Assembly: GCA_963707505.1 (NCBI GenBank) | Contig: CAVPQB010000003.1 | Span: 288,001-352,000, forward strand | Reading direction: 5' to 3' | DNA length: 64,000 bases | DNA from: an uncultured Gemmatimonadales bacterium | Lineage (GTDB): Bacteria > Gemmatimonadota > Gemmatimonadetes > Gemmatimonadales > Gemmatimonadaceae | In this document: piece by piece, positions 40,213-50,018 of the stretch | Position numbering within the stretch: position 1 is the stretch's first letter | How the letters are laid out: every line of letters begins with the position of its first letter | Notes under the pieces: model-generated | Databases searched by the model: none | What the model was told of the DNA's origin: nothing | What the model saw: the letters and a program-made list of their open reading frames with translations, nothing else | Position numbers and translations under genes: made by a program

Positions 40213-41844
40213 CTAGCGTTCGAAGGTTGCGAAAAACTTCTCCAATCCCCCGACGACGCCACGTGCGTAGGCTTCCTGGTACTCCGGCGTTTTTATCGCT
40301 GATTCCTGATCGGGCATGATGATGAACAGTCCCTCTGCGAGTACGGCGGGAAACCACGTCGGACGACACACCGCAAGGTTCTGATAAAAAATGCCCCTGT
40401 CGTGCAGCCCCAGCTCGGGTACCAGCGAATCCTGAACCGAGCGCGCGAGCAATCGGGAATGCGGATGAAAGTAATACGTCCCCGTGCCATTGTCGCGGAA
40501 CGGATTCTGACCATCCCCGTCGGCATTGAGGTGAATGGAGACTAACGCGTTGGCATTCGCCCGTCGCGCGAAGATCGGACGATCGCCAAGTGCTACGGGA
40601 CCGGCGCCAGTCCGGGTCATGACGACGTGCGCACCACGCTCTTCCAGCAGATCGCGTACGCGCAGACCGACCGCCAGAGTTGGTACCGGCTCCCAGAGCC
40701 CGGTGGGTCCCGTCGCACCGATCGGCGGATGGCCGGGGTCAACGACGATCGTCATTCCGCGCAGAGGCTCCGATGGATCGACGACCGGCGGCCGTCTGAT
40801 GCTGAACTTGAGAATGCCCTTCTCGTACAGCGCCTCGTATCCGTAAACCGGACGCGTGAGCGCGAAGTGGTATACTGTGCGCGTCCGCTCGACCGACTGC
40901 GTGGCGCTGGCTATGAGCGAATCCGGAACCTGACTCAGGCTCGCTGATGCAGTGGTATTGTAGAGTGTAAGAGTAAGTCCGCCTTCGTCCTCGGCGACCA
41001 CATACGCCGGAGGTGACGCGACACGCAGCTCCAGGTCCACGCTCGCGATTCCGGTTGTAAGCGCTGCGTGCGTCACGCGCAGCTGCGTCGCCGACGTGGA
41101 TCCACTGCGCGGCTTGACGTCACGTCGCTGTACCCAGATATCCTGTCGCGTGTCCAGCTGCACCCGCGCCATGTCGTCGCGATATTCGAGAACGCGCACG
41201 ATGGTTCCAGGGAACAGGAACCACTTGTAGTCACCCGTCGGTGTCGGGCGTCCGATGATGACGTTGTCGGTGTCACTCACCGTTCTGTCCAGCGAGTCGT
41301 CGCGCAGCGCGGCGACGATTGGAGGCGCAAGCTCGGTGATCTCCGGAGCGACGGGAGGTCGCGGGCCGATACCCTCTCGCGTGCGCGCCGGAAAACGGAG
41401 ACGGACGGTGTCGCGGAGCGTGTAGGCTTCGAGGTCGTACCACTGCGAATCGGCAGGCGGATTCGGAACCCAACCGAGAAAAGCACCGTTTGGCCAGACC
41501 GGAACCAGGTTGCCGTTGATGGTCAGCCCTGCGTTGCCGTTCCCCACAGAGCCGAATACGAAATTCGAATCGCGGGACCCGATGACCGCATTCCGCGGCG
41601 GATACACGACCTTGATCGCGAGCGGGCCGTCGACGTCGGGCACCGGCGGGAGCTTGGGATTGGGAGCGGGCAGTGGCGCTCTGGCGACCGTCGCAGCGGC
41701 GGGCGCGCCGTGGCGTGCTGGCGGCGACGGAACCGGCGTGGGTCCCGGAGATGGCGGCGACTTGGCGCACGCCAGCCCCAAGGCCGCTGCGGCCAGCGCC
41801 GCCCCGGGGAAAAAACGTCCTGGTGTAGCGTGACAGCGGGGCAT
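40213..41844 (-). CDS. N-acetylmuramoyl-L-alanine amidase (Amidase_3), probable lipoprotein
   Basis: LGLAC lipobox; VVDPGH, E, SIHLNA, VLAEG zinc motifs. Confidence 0.88.
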   Translation of the reverse strand: MPRCHATPGRFFPGAALAAAALGLACAKSPPSPGPTPVPSPPARHGAPAAATVARAPLPAPNPKLPPVPDVDGPLAIKVVYPPRNAVIGSRDSNFVFGSVGNGNAGLTINGNLVPVWPNGAFLGWVPNPPADSQWYDLEAYTLRDTVRLRFPARTREGIGPRPPVAPEITELAPPIVAALRDDSLDRTVSDTDNVIIGRPTPTGDYKWFLFPGTIVRVLEYRDDMARVQLDTRQDIWVQRRDVKPRSGSTSATQLRVTHAALTTGIASVDLELRVASPPAYVVAEDEGGLTLTLYNTTASASLSQVPDSLIASATQSVERTRTVYHFALTRPVYGYEALYEKGILKFSIRRPPVVDPSEPLRGMTIVVDPGHPPIGATGPTGLWEPVPTLAVGLRVRDLLEERGAHVVMTRTGAGPVALGDRPIFARRANANALVSIHLNADGDGQNPFRDNGTGTYYFHPHSRLLARSVQDSLVPELGLHDRGIFYQNLAVCRPTWFPAVLAEGLFIIMPDQESAIKTPEYQEAYARGVVGGLEKFFATFER

Positions 41845-41902
41845 GTGACAAAGGTAGTGGGACAGACAGTGACGGTCAGCATCCGTGGGTGTATTCTTCC
41901 CC

Positions 41903-42832
41903 ATGCCTGTTCGTGAAATTCCTGATCCACCGGAGACGCCGCGCGGCCTCGTTGTCGTAGCGGGCGGCCGCACCGACGTCGGACGGGTTCGGAACCTCAA
42001 CGAAGATTCCTATCTCGTCGCCGCACTGGGACGGGATGCAGTAGTAATGAAAGGGGCGACCACGACGCTGACCGTTCCTCACACGCCAGCGCTGTTGGTG
42101 GTAGCGGACGGCGTCGGCGGCGCCGCGTCCGGCGAGATCGCCAGTCTGATGGCGACCGACACGATGTTCATCGAGCTGCGCCGCAGATACGAGTCGGAGT
42201 GGCCTCGCACGGCGGCGGGCGTCGAGTCCGCGCTGCGCGCCGCGATATCTGCGGCCAACCATGTGATCTTCACATACTCGTCTGGCAACCCGCAACATCG
42301 CGGCATGGCCACCACTGCGACGCTTGCGGTGGTACACCAATCAATCATCACGATCGCGCAGGTCGGTGACAGTCGCGCATATCTGGTTCGCGGCGGCGAG
42401 GCACGGCAGATCACCAAGGATCAATCACTGATTCAGCGGCTGATCGATGCCGGTGAGATGACCGAAGGCGAAGCCGCGCACAGCGACCGCCGCAACATAA
42501 TCCTGCAGGCGCTGGGCTCGGAGGCGAGTGTCCTGCCCGACGTGTATCGCGAGCAGGCGGAGGTTGGCGACGTGCTGGTGTTATGCAGCGACGGCCTGTC
42601 CAATCTTGTCGGCGCAAATGACATAGCGCGCATCGCGCTCGCCGACGACAACATGGAGACAGTGTGCGAGCGACTGGTATCGTGCGCCAATTCGCGCGGC
42701 GGTCATGACAACATTACTGTCGTAGCCGCTCGCTTCGAGCCCGCCGATCCCAACGAGCCACCACCGCCGCCAACTACGCGGGAGTCAACTTCCCCAGGAC
42801 TCTCGGACCGCGTGCGCCGGTGGCTCCGATGA
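41903..42832 (+). CDS. PP2C-family Ser/Thr protein phosphatase
   Basis: RNLNED, VADGVGG, VGDSRAY, LCSDGL, GGHDNIT. Confidence 0.93.
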   Translation: MPVREIPDPPETPRGLVVVAGGRTDVGRVRNLNEDSYLVAALGRDAVVMKGATTTLTVPHTPALLVVADGVGGAASGEIASLMATDTMFIELRRRYESEWPRTAAGVESALRAAISAANHVIFTYSSGNPQHRGMATTATLAVVHQSIITIAQVGDSRAYLVRGGEARQITKDQSLIQRLIDAGEMTEGEAAHSDRRNIILQALGSEASVLPDVYREQAEVGDVLVLCSDGLSNLVGANDIARIALADDNMETVCERLVSCANSRGGHDNITVVAARFEPADPNEPPPPPTTRESTSPGLSDRVRRWLR

Positions 42833-43895
42833 CGTTACCGGGCAGGTGGGCGAGATGCAGGTATCCGAGCAGCGCGAACGCCACAGCCTCCTTGGCCTCG
42901 CCATCGTAATACAGATCATCGAACGATGTAACGCGCGCGGGCTGCATAGCGCGCCGCAGCGCATCCATCAATGAGTCGTTTCGAGCACCGCCGCCGGACA
43001 CGACCATCTCTCCAGACTGTTCCTGAACGTGACGACGTACGGCATCCGCGATTGATTCGGCAGTGAGTGCGACAGCAGTTGCAACTACATCGGCATCGGG
43101 ACCGTTCACCATCGATTGCATGCGGTCAGCGAACGATGCGCCGAAGTATTCGCGGCCGGTCGACTTGGGCGGCGGCTGCGTGAAGTACGGATCGCGCAGG
43201 AGCGTCGCGATTACATCGACGTGTGCGTTTCCGGATCGTGCGATCGCGCCGCCCTGGTCGAAGCGAACGCCGGGATACAACTTGCGCACGAGGTGATCGA
43301 TCAACACGACACCGGGCCCCGTGTCGAATGCGCGAACGTCCGCAACGTCTCCGCCCGGTGGAACAACGGTCACGTTCCCGATGCCACCGATGTTCTGGAG
43401 CAGGCGCCAGTCGGTACTGCTCGAGTAGAGCAACGCATCGGCAATCGGAACGAGCGGTGCTCCCTCGCCGCCTGCTGCAACGTCGCGAACACGAAAATCG
43501 GATACGACGTCGATGCCGGTGCGCTCCGCAATCACCGCGGATTCACCGATCTGCCACGTAGCGCGGCGCGGCGAATGCCAGATCGTCTGGCCATGCGAGG
43601 CGATCGCACGAACTTCACGCGTGTCGATGTGAGCACTCTCGATGACGCAAATCGCCGCGGCAGCCAGCCACTCTCCCAGATCGAATGACAGTGCGCAATA
43701 TTCCGCAGCGGTTCCGCGATTCATCGCCGACGCGAGTCTCTCCCGCTGTTCCGCGCTATACGCGCTGCCGCTGAACGCCAACAGCTCGTGCTCGATTCCG
43801 GCGCCGGAACTCGTGAAGCGCACGACTGCCGCGGAGATTCCGTCGAGCGACGTGCCGGACATCAGGCCAACGTAAACTCCGTCCGTCTTACTCAT
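42774..43895 (-). CDS. anmK: Anhydro-N-acetylmuramic acid kinase
   Basis: GLMSGTSLDG, SHGQT, GGEGAPL, NIGGIGN, FDTGPG, PPKSTGRE, KEAVAFA. Confidence 0.95.
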   Translation of the reverse strand: MSKTDGVYVGLMSGTSLDGISAAVVRFTSSGAGIEHELLAFSGSAYSAEQRERLASAMNRGTAAEYCALSFDLGEWLAAAAICVIESAHIDTREVRAIASHGQTIWHSPRRATWQIGESAVIAERTGIDVVSDFRVRDVAAGGEGAPLVPIADALLYSSSTDWRLLQNIGGIGNVTVVPPGGDVADVRAFDTGPGVVLIDHLVRKLYPGVRFDQGGAIARSGNAHVDVIATLLRDPYFTQPPPKSTGREYFGASFADRMQSMVNGPDADVVATAVALTAESIADAVRRHVQEQSGEMVVSGGGARNDSLMDALRRAMQPARVTSFDDLYYDGEAKEAVAFALLGYLHLAHLPGNVIGATGARGPRVLGKLTPA

Positions 43896-44806
43896 CCCAC
43901 GACTGGCGGCGGCGCTCCCGGGACGACGCGCCTGATCACGCCCCCGTGCTCCGCGAGCATCCGCTCAGCTGCGCCGCGATCGACATTCATCATCTGCATG
44001 ACGATCGCCGTCTTCACGAGTCCGCCCGCTGCAGCAAGCTGTTCTCGTGCACGCTCGCGCGAAACGCCCGTCACCTCGATCATGATTCGCTCGGCGCGAT
44101 CGGTGAGCTTGGCGTTGGTCGCACGCATGTCGACCATGAGATTGCCGTAAGTCTTGCCCAGCAGAATCATCGCGCCGGTCGTTATGGTGTTGAGCACCAG
44201 CTTCGTCGCCGTTCCGGCCTTGAGGCGCGTCGATCCCGTGACGACTTCCGGGCCGACAATCGTCACGATCGCTATGTCGCAGTCCACAAGAAGTGAATCT
44301 GGCGGTTGCGTGCAGGCGACGATGGCCGTATGCGCACCCAACTCGCAAGCGCGATGAATCGCGCCATGTACGAACGGCGTGGTTCCCGACGCAGCGATGC
44401 CGACCACGAAATCGAGTGGGCCGACGTTCCGCGTGTCCATCTCCTTAGCGCCAGTTGCAGGGCTGTCCTCGGCGCCCTCCTGCGAGCGCGTGAGGGCCGG
44501 CGCACCGCCCGCGATTATTCCCTGCACCATCTCAGGATCGGTCCCGAAGGTTGGCGGACATTCGCTAGCGTCCAGCACGCCGAGCCTGCCCGAAGTACCG
44601 GAGCCGACGTAGAAGAGACGACCGCCAGCGCGGAACGCTGATGCGGCGGTATCGACTGCACGCGCGATCGCTTCGCTCTGGCCTGCCACCACGCCCGCGA
44701 TCGTGGCGTCTTCATGATTCATGAGCGCAACGATCTCTCCCGCGGTTGCGACGTCGATGTTCGCGGTTCGCGGGTTGCGCTGCTCGGTTGCCCTGTGATC
44801 TAGCAC
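43892..44806 (-). CDS. murQ: N-acetylmuramic acid 6-phosphate etherase
   Basis: TEQRNP, GSGTSGRLG, DASECPPTFG, EGAED, GPEVVTGSTRLKAGTA. Start GTG at 44806. Confidence 0.95.
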   Translation of the reverse strand: MLDHRATEQRNPRTANIDVATAGEIVALMNHEDATIAGVVAGQSEAIARAVDTAASAFRAGGRLFYVGSGTSGRLGVLDASECPPTFGTDPEMVQGIIAGGAPALTRSQEGAEDSPATGAKEMDTRNVGPLDFVVGIAASGTTPFVHGAIHRACELGAHTAIVACTQPPDSLLVDCDIAIVTIVGPEVVTGSTRLKAGTATKLVLNTITTGAMILLGKTYGNLMVDMRATNAKLTDRAERIMIEVTGVSRERAREQLAAAGGLVKTAIVMQMMNVDRGAAERMLAEHGGVIRRVVPGAPPPVVG

Positions 44807-44848
44807 GACGGGAAAGTTACCGCACCGCAAGGGCGGCAACCATGTACT

Positions 44849-44882
44849 AAAAAAAGCCCCGCTCGGAGGAGCGGGGCTTTTT
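44849..44882. terminator. Intrinsic (bidirectional-type) terminator
   Basis: AAAAAAAGCCCCGCTC-GGAG-GAGCGGGGCTTTTT downstream of the lipoprotein gene. Confidence 0.9.
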
Positions 44883-44907
44883 GAACTCGCGAGGGCAGAG
44901 CAACCGA

Positions 44908-45788
44908 TCAGCTCGTGTGGACCTGAATCGGATCCTGCAGCGCTATGGTGATGTTGCCGCCGGTCGGAACGCACCCTTCGTAATTGGCCGTGGTGGCAGC
45001 GGCCCCGGCACCAGCAGCCGCGCCTACCGCACCGCCGATGATGGTTGACTTGGTGCTGTGACCCAGTATCTGTCCGACTACGGCTCCAACCGCGGCGCCG
45101 GTTCCGACTTTCTGCACGTCCTTGCTGGTCGGTTGATTCTTCACGCGATCGACCTGCGCGGAGCTGACCGACGCGGTCACGGGATAGGTATGTCCGCCGA
45201 AGCTGATGGACGTCACGCGGAAGCCCATCTGGATCTTGTCGTTGATGTTCTCGCTGCGCTTGAGCTGGGTGATCTCGAGCGACGCCTTTGCGCCCGCCGG
45301 GAATCGTTGCACCGTTGGAGCCGGTGACCGAGTTTGCAACGGTTGCCGTTACAGTCTCACCCACGTGATTCGTATTGGTGCAGATGCGCGAGTTGGACGT
45401 GAGCGCAATCGAAGTGCCCGCAGCGATCGTGCCGAGCGGCGTTTCAGCAGCGCCGGGCGTGCGCGTTACGGTATTGCCGCTCGCGGTCGTGGACGTTGTT
45501 GGCGTGTTTGGTCTCGCTCGCGTGGGCGCCGACCTTGCCGGTGTCGTCGCGCGCGGAGCGGCGGCGGTTGCCGATGGAGCGGGAGCCGGCGTCTTGGCCG
45601 CAGGCACATCGTTCAGCGCGGGCTTTGCCGCGGTGTCCGCGTTGGCAAGCTGCATGTCGCGATTGAGCGTCGAGTCCTGCGCGAGCGTGTCGTTCTTCTT
45701 ATCGCCACTGCAGGCGGCAACAGCGACCAGCACCAGCGACTGTCGGGACCGCGACTAACGCACGCGCACGTTGCATATATTTTGACAT
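44908..45788 (-). CDS. Hypothetical lipoprotein with Pro/Ala/Thr linker and glycine zipper; frameshifts near 45745 and 45295
   Basis: AAGGAG before ATG 45788; VAAC lipobox; GAAVGAVVG...GGAVGAAAGAG zipper. Confidence 0.7.
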
Positions 45789-45844
45789 GGGACTCCTTTA
45801 AAAATGGCTTTGCCAGGATCAGTCCCGTTCAACGCGCAATCGGT

Positions 45845-47626
45845 GTGCCAACCTTGCTTCCAAATCTCCGCCGCCTGACCCCGTACTTCAGGCCGTACAG
45901 GACGCAACTCGTTACGGGGCTTGCGTTTGTCGTTCTTGCCGCTGGCATCACTTCTGTGATACCGTGGATCCTGCAGCGCGCGATCGACGCCATTCGGGCG
46001 GGCGTCGCGGTCAGCTCGGTCTGGGTGCTCGCCGGAGCACTCGTCGGGACGGCCCTCGTCGGCGGCGCGCTACGCTACGGGATGCGCGAGTGGATGAACG
46101 GGCTGAGCAGATGGGTCGAGTATGACCTCCGGAACCATCTGTTCGAGCATCTCGAAGCGCTGGACGCGTCGTACTATACGCGCACTCGGACCGGCGACAT
46201 CATGGCGCGCCTGACCAACGATCTGAGCGCGGTGCGGATGACGGCCGGACCGGCGATCATGTATCTCACCAACACGATGTTCGGCGGAATCTTCGCGCTG
46301 TACTTCATGTCGCGCATCGACGTGAGGCTCACGCTGCTGGCGCTATGCCCGATGATTCTGCTGCCGATCATCAGCGTGCGACTGGCGAAGCTCATCCACA
46401 TGCGCTTCGAATCGGTGCAGGAACACTTCTCGTCGCTCACCACGCACGCTCAGGAAAACCTGACGGGTGTCAGGATCGTGCGCGCGTACCGCCAGGAAGA
46501 TTCCGAGATTGCACACTTCGGTGAGTTGAACGAGGAGTATCTCACGCGCAACATGGCGCTCGTGCGTCTGTGGGGAGTCATGCATCCGCTGTTCGCGATG
46601 CTGGCTGGCGTTGGCGCGGTCATCGTGCTCGGCGCTGGCGGCGTGCTGGCGCTGCGCGGTGTCATTTCAATTGGTGCATTCGTCGCATTCGGCATGTATC
46701 TCACGATGCTGACGTGGCCGCTCATCGCACTCGGCTGGGTCATCAATCTCTTCCAGCGCGGCGACGCATCCATGGGTCGCCTGCTTCACATACTGAATGA
46801 GCAACCCGCGCATCGTGACGCACGATCCTGTGCTGCATCTTCCGCCCGCGATTGATGGACGGTCGATCGAATTTCGCAACGTGAGCTTCCACTTCCCCAC
46901 TACGGGGACCGACGAGCCGCGGTGGGTACTCGATGACGTGAGCTTCATCATACCGTCAGGCGCAACCGCCGGCATCGTCGGCGCAACCGGGAGCGGCAAG
47001 AGTGCGCTCATCGATCTCATCGCTCGCGTGTACGACCCGCAACGCGGTCAGGTTCTCATCGACGGTGTTCCGATCGACCGCATCCCACTGGATGAGCTGC
47101 GTCGCGAGATCGGCTACGTTCCGCAGGAAAGCCTGCTGTTCAGCGATACCATCGCTGCAAATCTGGCATACGGACTTGGTCCCGAGGCCAACCCTGAAGC
47201 CTGGCGCGACGCCGCCACGATCGCGCAGCTGGACGAGGCGATCGCGGCCTTCCCCGACGGCTACGACACCGTGCTCGGCGAGCGCGGGATCAATCTGTCC
47301 GGCGGACAGAAGCAGCGCGCGACTCTGGCACGCGCGCTAGCACGGCGGCCCGCAATCGTACTGCTGGACGATGCCCTTTCCGCCGTCGACACGCATACCG
47401 AGGCGAGATACTTGCCGGCCTGCGCTCCGCGCTTTCGCGGCGCACTGCTGTCATCGCATCGCACCGGGCGAGCGCACTGCGCGATGCGGCGATGATCCTG
47501 GTGCTGGACGACGGCCGGATCGTCGAGCGTGGAACCCATGCAGATCTGTTGGCTGCCGAGGGCCGCTACTGGGCGCTGCTCCGCCGCCAGCAACTGGTGG
47601 AAGAGGTCGAAACCGCCGTTGGTTGA
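45845..47626 (+). CDS. ABC exporter, fused permease/ATPase (MdlA-like); frameshifts near 46810 and 47405
   Basis: TGDIMARLTND TM domain; GATGSGKS, LSGGQKQR, LLDD. Confidence 0.9.
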
Positions 47627-47659
47627 GGCCACCCCGCCCGTGTTGTACCTTTCCGGCAT

Positions 47660-48482
47660 ATGCACGTAACTGAACCCGCGGCAGCCCTCGATCTTCGTGC
47701 CGCGGCGCTCGAGGCCGAGCTGCAGCAGGCCCGCCGAGACCTCGCCGAGCTGCGCTCGCGCGACGCTCTCAAGACGCAGTTTCTGTCCAACATCTCGCAC
47801 GATCTGCGCACGCCGCTCACCGCGATCATCACGCACGCGGAAATTCTGCGCGACGGGATCCTGGGACCGATGTCGACCGCGTCAGCTCGAAAGCGTGGGC
47901 GGAATCATTTCCGGTGGACGGCAATTGCTGGACATGGTCGGCGAGATTCTCACCTACGCCAAGGCGACGGCGAACCGGCTGCGACTCGTGTCGACCGAAT
48001 TCGACCTTGGAGAGGTCGTGCGGCAGGCGAGTGCAATCAACGAGGCGATCGCGCGACGGCGCAATCTCTCCGTTACGACCGAGATACCGGAGTCGCTCCC
48101 CACTCTGACGGCAGATCGCGAGAAGCTCACGCACGTGCTGAACAACCTGATCGGGAACGCGATCGATTTTACGCCGGATGGGGGGCATGTATGGGTTCGC
48201 GTGTGGCACGGCGATGACGAAGATCATGTCGCGCATTTCGTCGAAGTCGGTGACACTGGAATCGGAATCGCACCCGAGCATCAGGAGCTCGTGTTCGACG
48301 AATTCGCGCAGGTCGACTCGTCCGCGTCGCGACAGCACCACGGAACCGGACTCGGGTTGACGATCGCTCGACGGTTGGTGGAGTTGCATGGCGGACGCCT
48401 CTGGGTGGAGAGCAAGCCCGGTGAGGGCGCTCGCTTCACCCTCACGATTCCCAGTGCGTCGAACGCGTCTGCTCATCGTTGA
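47660..48482 (+). CDS. Cytoplasmic histidine kinase (short coil + HisKA + HATPase); frameshift near 47875
   Basis: SHDLRTPL, NLIGNA, DTGIG, GTGLGL. Confidence 0.88.
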
Positions 48483-48813
48483 AGACAGCGCGCTCGTCGC
48501 ATCCGCGCTGAGACTGCTATTCGAGGAGAGCGGCTACGACGTGGATGTCGCGTCGACCGTGAAGGGGGCAATCGAGACCGCTGCTGCGACCGGCCCCGAC
48601 GTAATGCTGCTGGACCTCACGCTACCTGATGGCGACGGGCTGACGATTCTCGAGCGTTTGCGTGCGGACGGTCACGCACCGCGCAGCACGATTGCGCTTA
48701 CCGGTCACGACGACGACGAGCTTCGGCAGCGGTGCATCGACGCGGGTTGCGTCGACGTGTTGCTCAAGCCGGTTCCGATTGCGCGACTTGTGGAGCTGGT
48801 ACGATCGCTCTGA
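48454..48813 (+). CDS. Single-domain response regulator
   Basis: LLIVEDS, LLDLTLPDGDG, ALTG, LLKP. Confidence 0.9.
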   Translation: MRRTRLLIVEDSALVASALRLLFEESGYDVDVASTVKGAIETAAATGPDVMLLDLTLPDGDGLTILERLRADGHAPRSTIALTGHDDDELRQRCIDAGCVDVLLKPVPIARLVELVRSL

Positions 48814-49159
48814 ACTCGGCGCCGGTGAACTGCTCGGGTTGAAACTGCTCGCCACTTCGCTGAACGACGCCGCGCACGACTTCCTCGATCGTCACGAGCG
48901 GCGCGTCTGCTTCGGCGACTATATCCACAGCCCACTTCCCTCGATCGGTTCCCTTGACCGTAGAGCGGTAGCTGGCGGTGTACACCACGTGCCGCGGCTC
49001 GTGCGACTCCACGGACGGATCCGGATACGCCGCGACGACGGCAACGGCCGCCTCGACGCCCGACTGACGGATTACGGGAAATAGATAGAGCTCCGCGACC
49101 TGGTCGTAGCCGACACGGTCGGAGATCTCGCGAAAGAAACGTTCTGTGGTTTCGTTCAT
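48764..49159 (-). CDS. Hypothetical protein
   Basis: MNETTERFFREI... ORF with coding bias, downstream of the VirJ-like gene. Confidence 0.7.
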   Translation of the reverse strand: MNETTERFFREISDRVGYDQVAELYLFPVIRQSGVEAAVAVVAAYPDPSVESHEPRHVVYTASYRSTVKGTDRGKWAVDIVAEADAPLVTIEEVVRGVVQRSGEQFQPEQFTGAEFRAIVPAPQVAQSEPA

Positions 49160-49226
49160 GGATAGAAAGGTGGCGTACGGGCGCGCCGGTAGCAATCGCT
49201 CCGTTGTCCGCAACACCCGCATGGTG

Positions 49227-50018
49227 TCACTCACCGCTGACGATCCACGCCACGGCGCGCTGCGCCATCGGGCCGGCCAGCGTCAAGGACTTCAATGAAT
49301 GTGAGGCAAACGGGATCACGGAATACCTGAGCCTCGGTTTGCCAGCAGCCGCGAGCGCGGAATCGATCCCTTTGCGGCGGTCGCCAGATCCGCGGAGTAG
49401 CGCGATTCGGATGCTTGACGGCACCGAGCGAATCTCTTCCGATATCGCAAAGCTTCCCGGCTCGTCTGGCTCACCGATGTTCGCGCGATCCATTGCAGTA
49501 ACGTAGAAGTGGCTGCGCGCTGTCGGTGCGAGCGCGAGCACTCCGACGGTGTGCGGAGGTGGCGCATGCGCCGCGGTCCAAAGGGCCAGATCCGCGCCGA
49601 ATGAGTGGCCTCCAAGCACGAGCGGAAGTGAAGTCGCCCCCATCTCTCTGACCGCGCGCGCTATGACGCCATCGATTGACGAGTCGAATGCTGCCTCGCG
49701 ACTGGCATAAGGTTCGGGCAGCTGTTCGATGTACTTCTTTATATCGACACCGATGACCGTATAGCCGTTCGATGCAAGCCGCCGCGCGAGCCGGTCGTGC
49801 GCATCCCAGAATCCAACGTCGTTGCCGAAGAATATCACAACCGCCTTCGCGGAACCGGCCGCCGGATAGAAATACAGCGGAAGCGCGCGCAGGACGGGAT
49901 CTCGCGGCACATACGATGGCTTTGCAGACGGACACGCAGCGACACCAAGCGCGAGCGTCGATCCGACAAGGAGCAACGCGCGGCTGCGATGTGACGTTCG
50001 CAGATAATGCGCGGTCAC
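49227..50018 (-). CDS. AcvB/VirJ-like alpha/beta hydrolase, exported
   Basis: FFGNDVG, VIGVD, GHSFGAD nucleophile elbow; ATGA overlap with priA. Confidence 0.7.
   Translation of the reverse strand: MTAHYLRTSHRSRALLLVGSTLALGVAACPSAKPSYVPRDPVLRALPLYFYPAAGSAKAVVIFFGNDVGFWDAHDRLARRLASNGYTVIGVDIKKYIEQLPEPYASREAAFDSSIDGVIARAVREMGATSLPLVLGGHSFGADLALWTAAHAPPPHTVGVLALAPTARSHFYVTAMDRANIGEPDEPGSFAISEEIRSVPSSIRIALLRGSGDRRKGIDSALAAAGKPRLRYSVIPFASHSLKSLTLAGPMAQRAVAWIVSGE

Noticed and set aside
43892..45733. Apparent lipoprotein-MurQ fusion
   Set aside because: Created by a frameshift near 45295; a strong terminator and a separate murQ start lie between the two.
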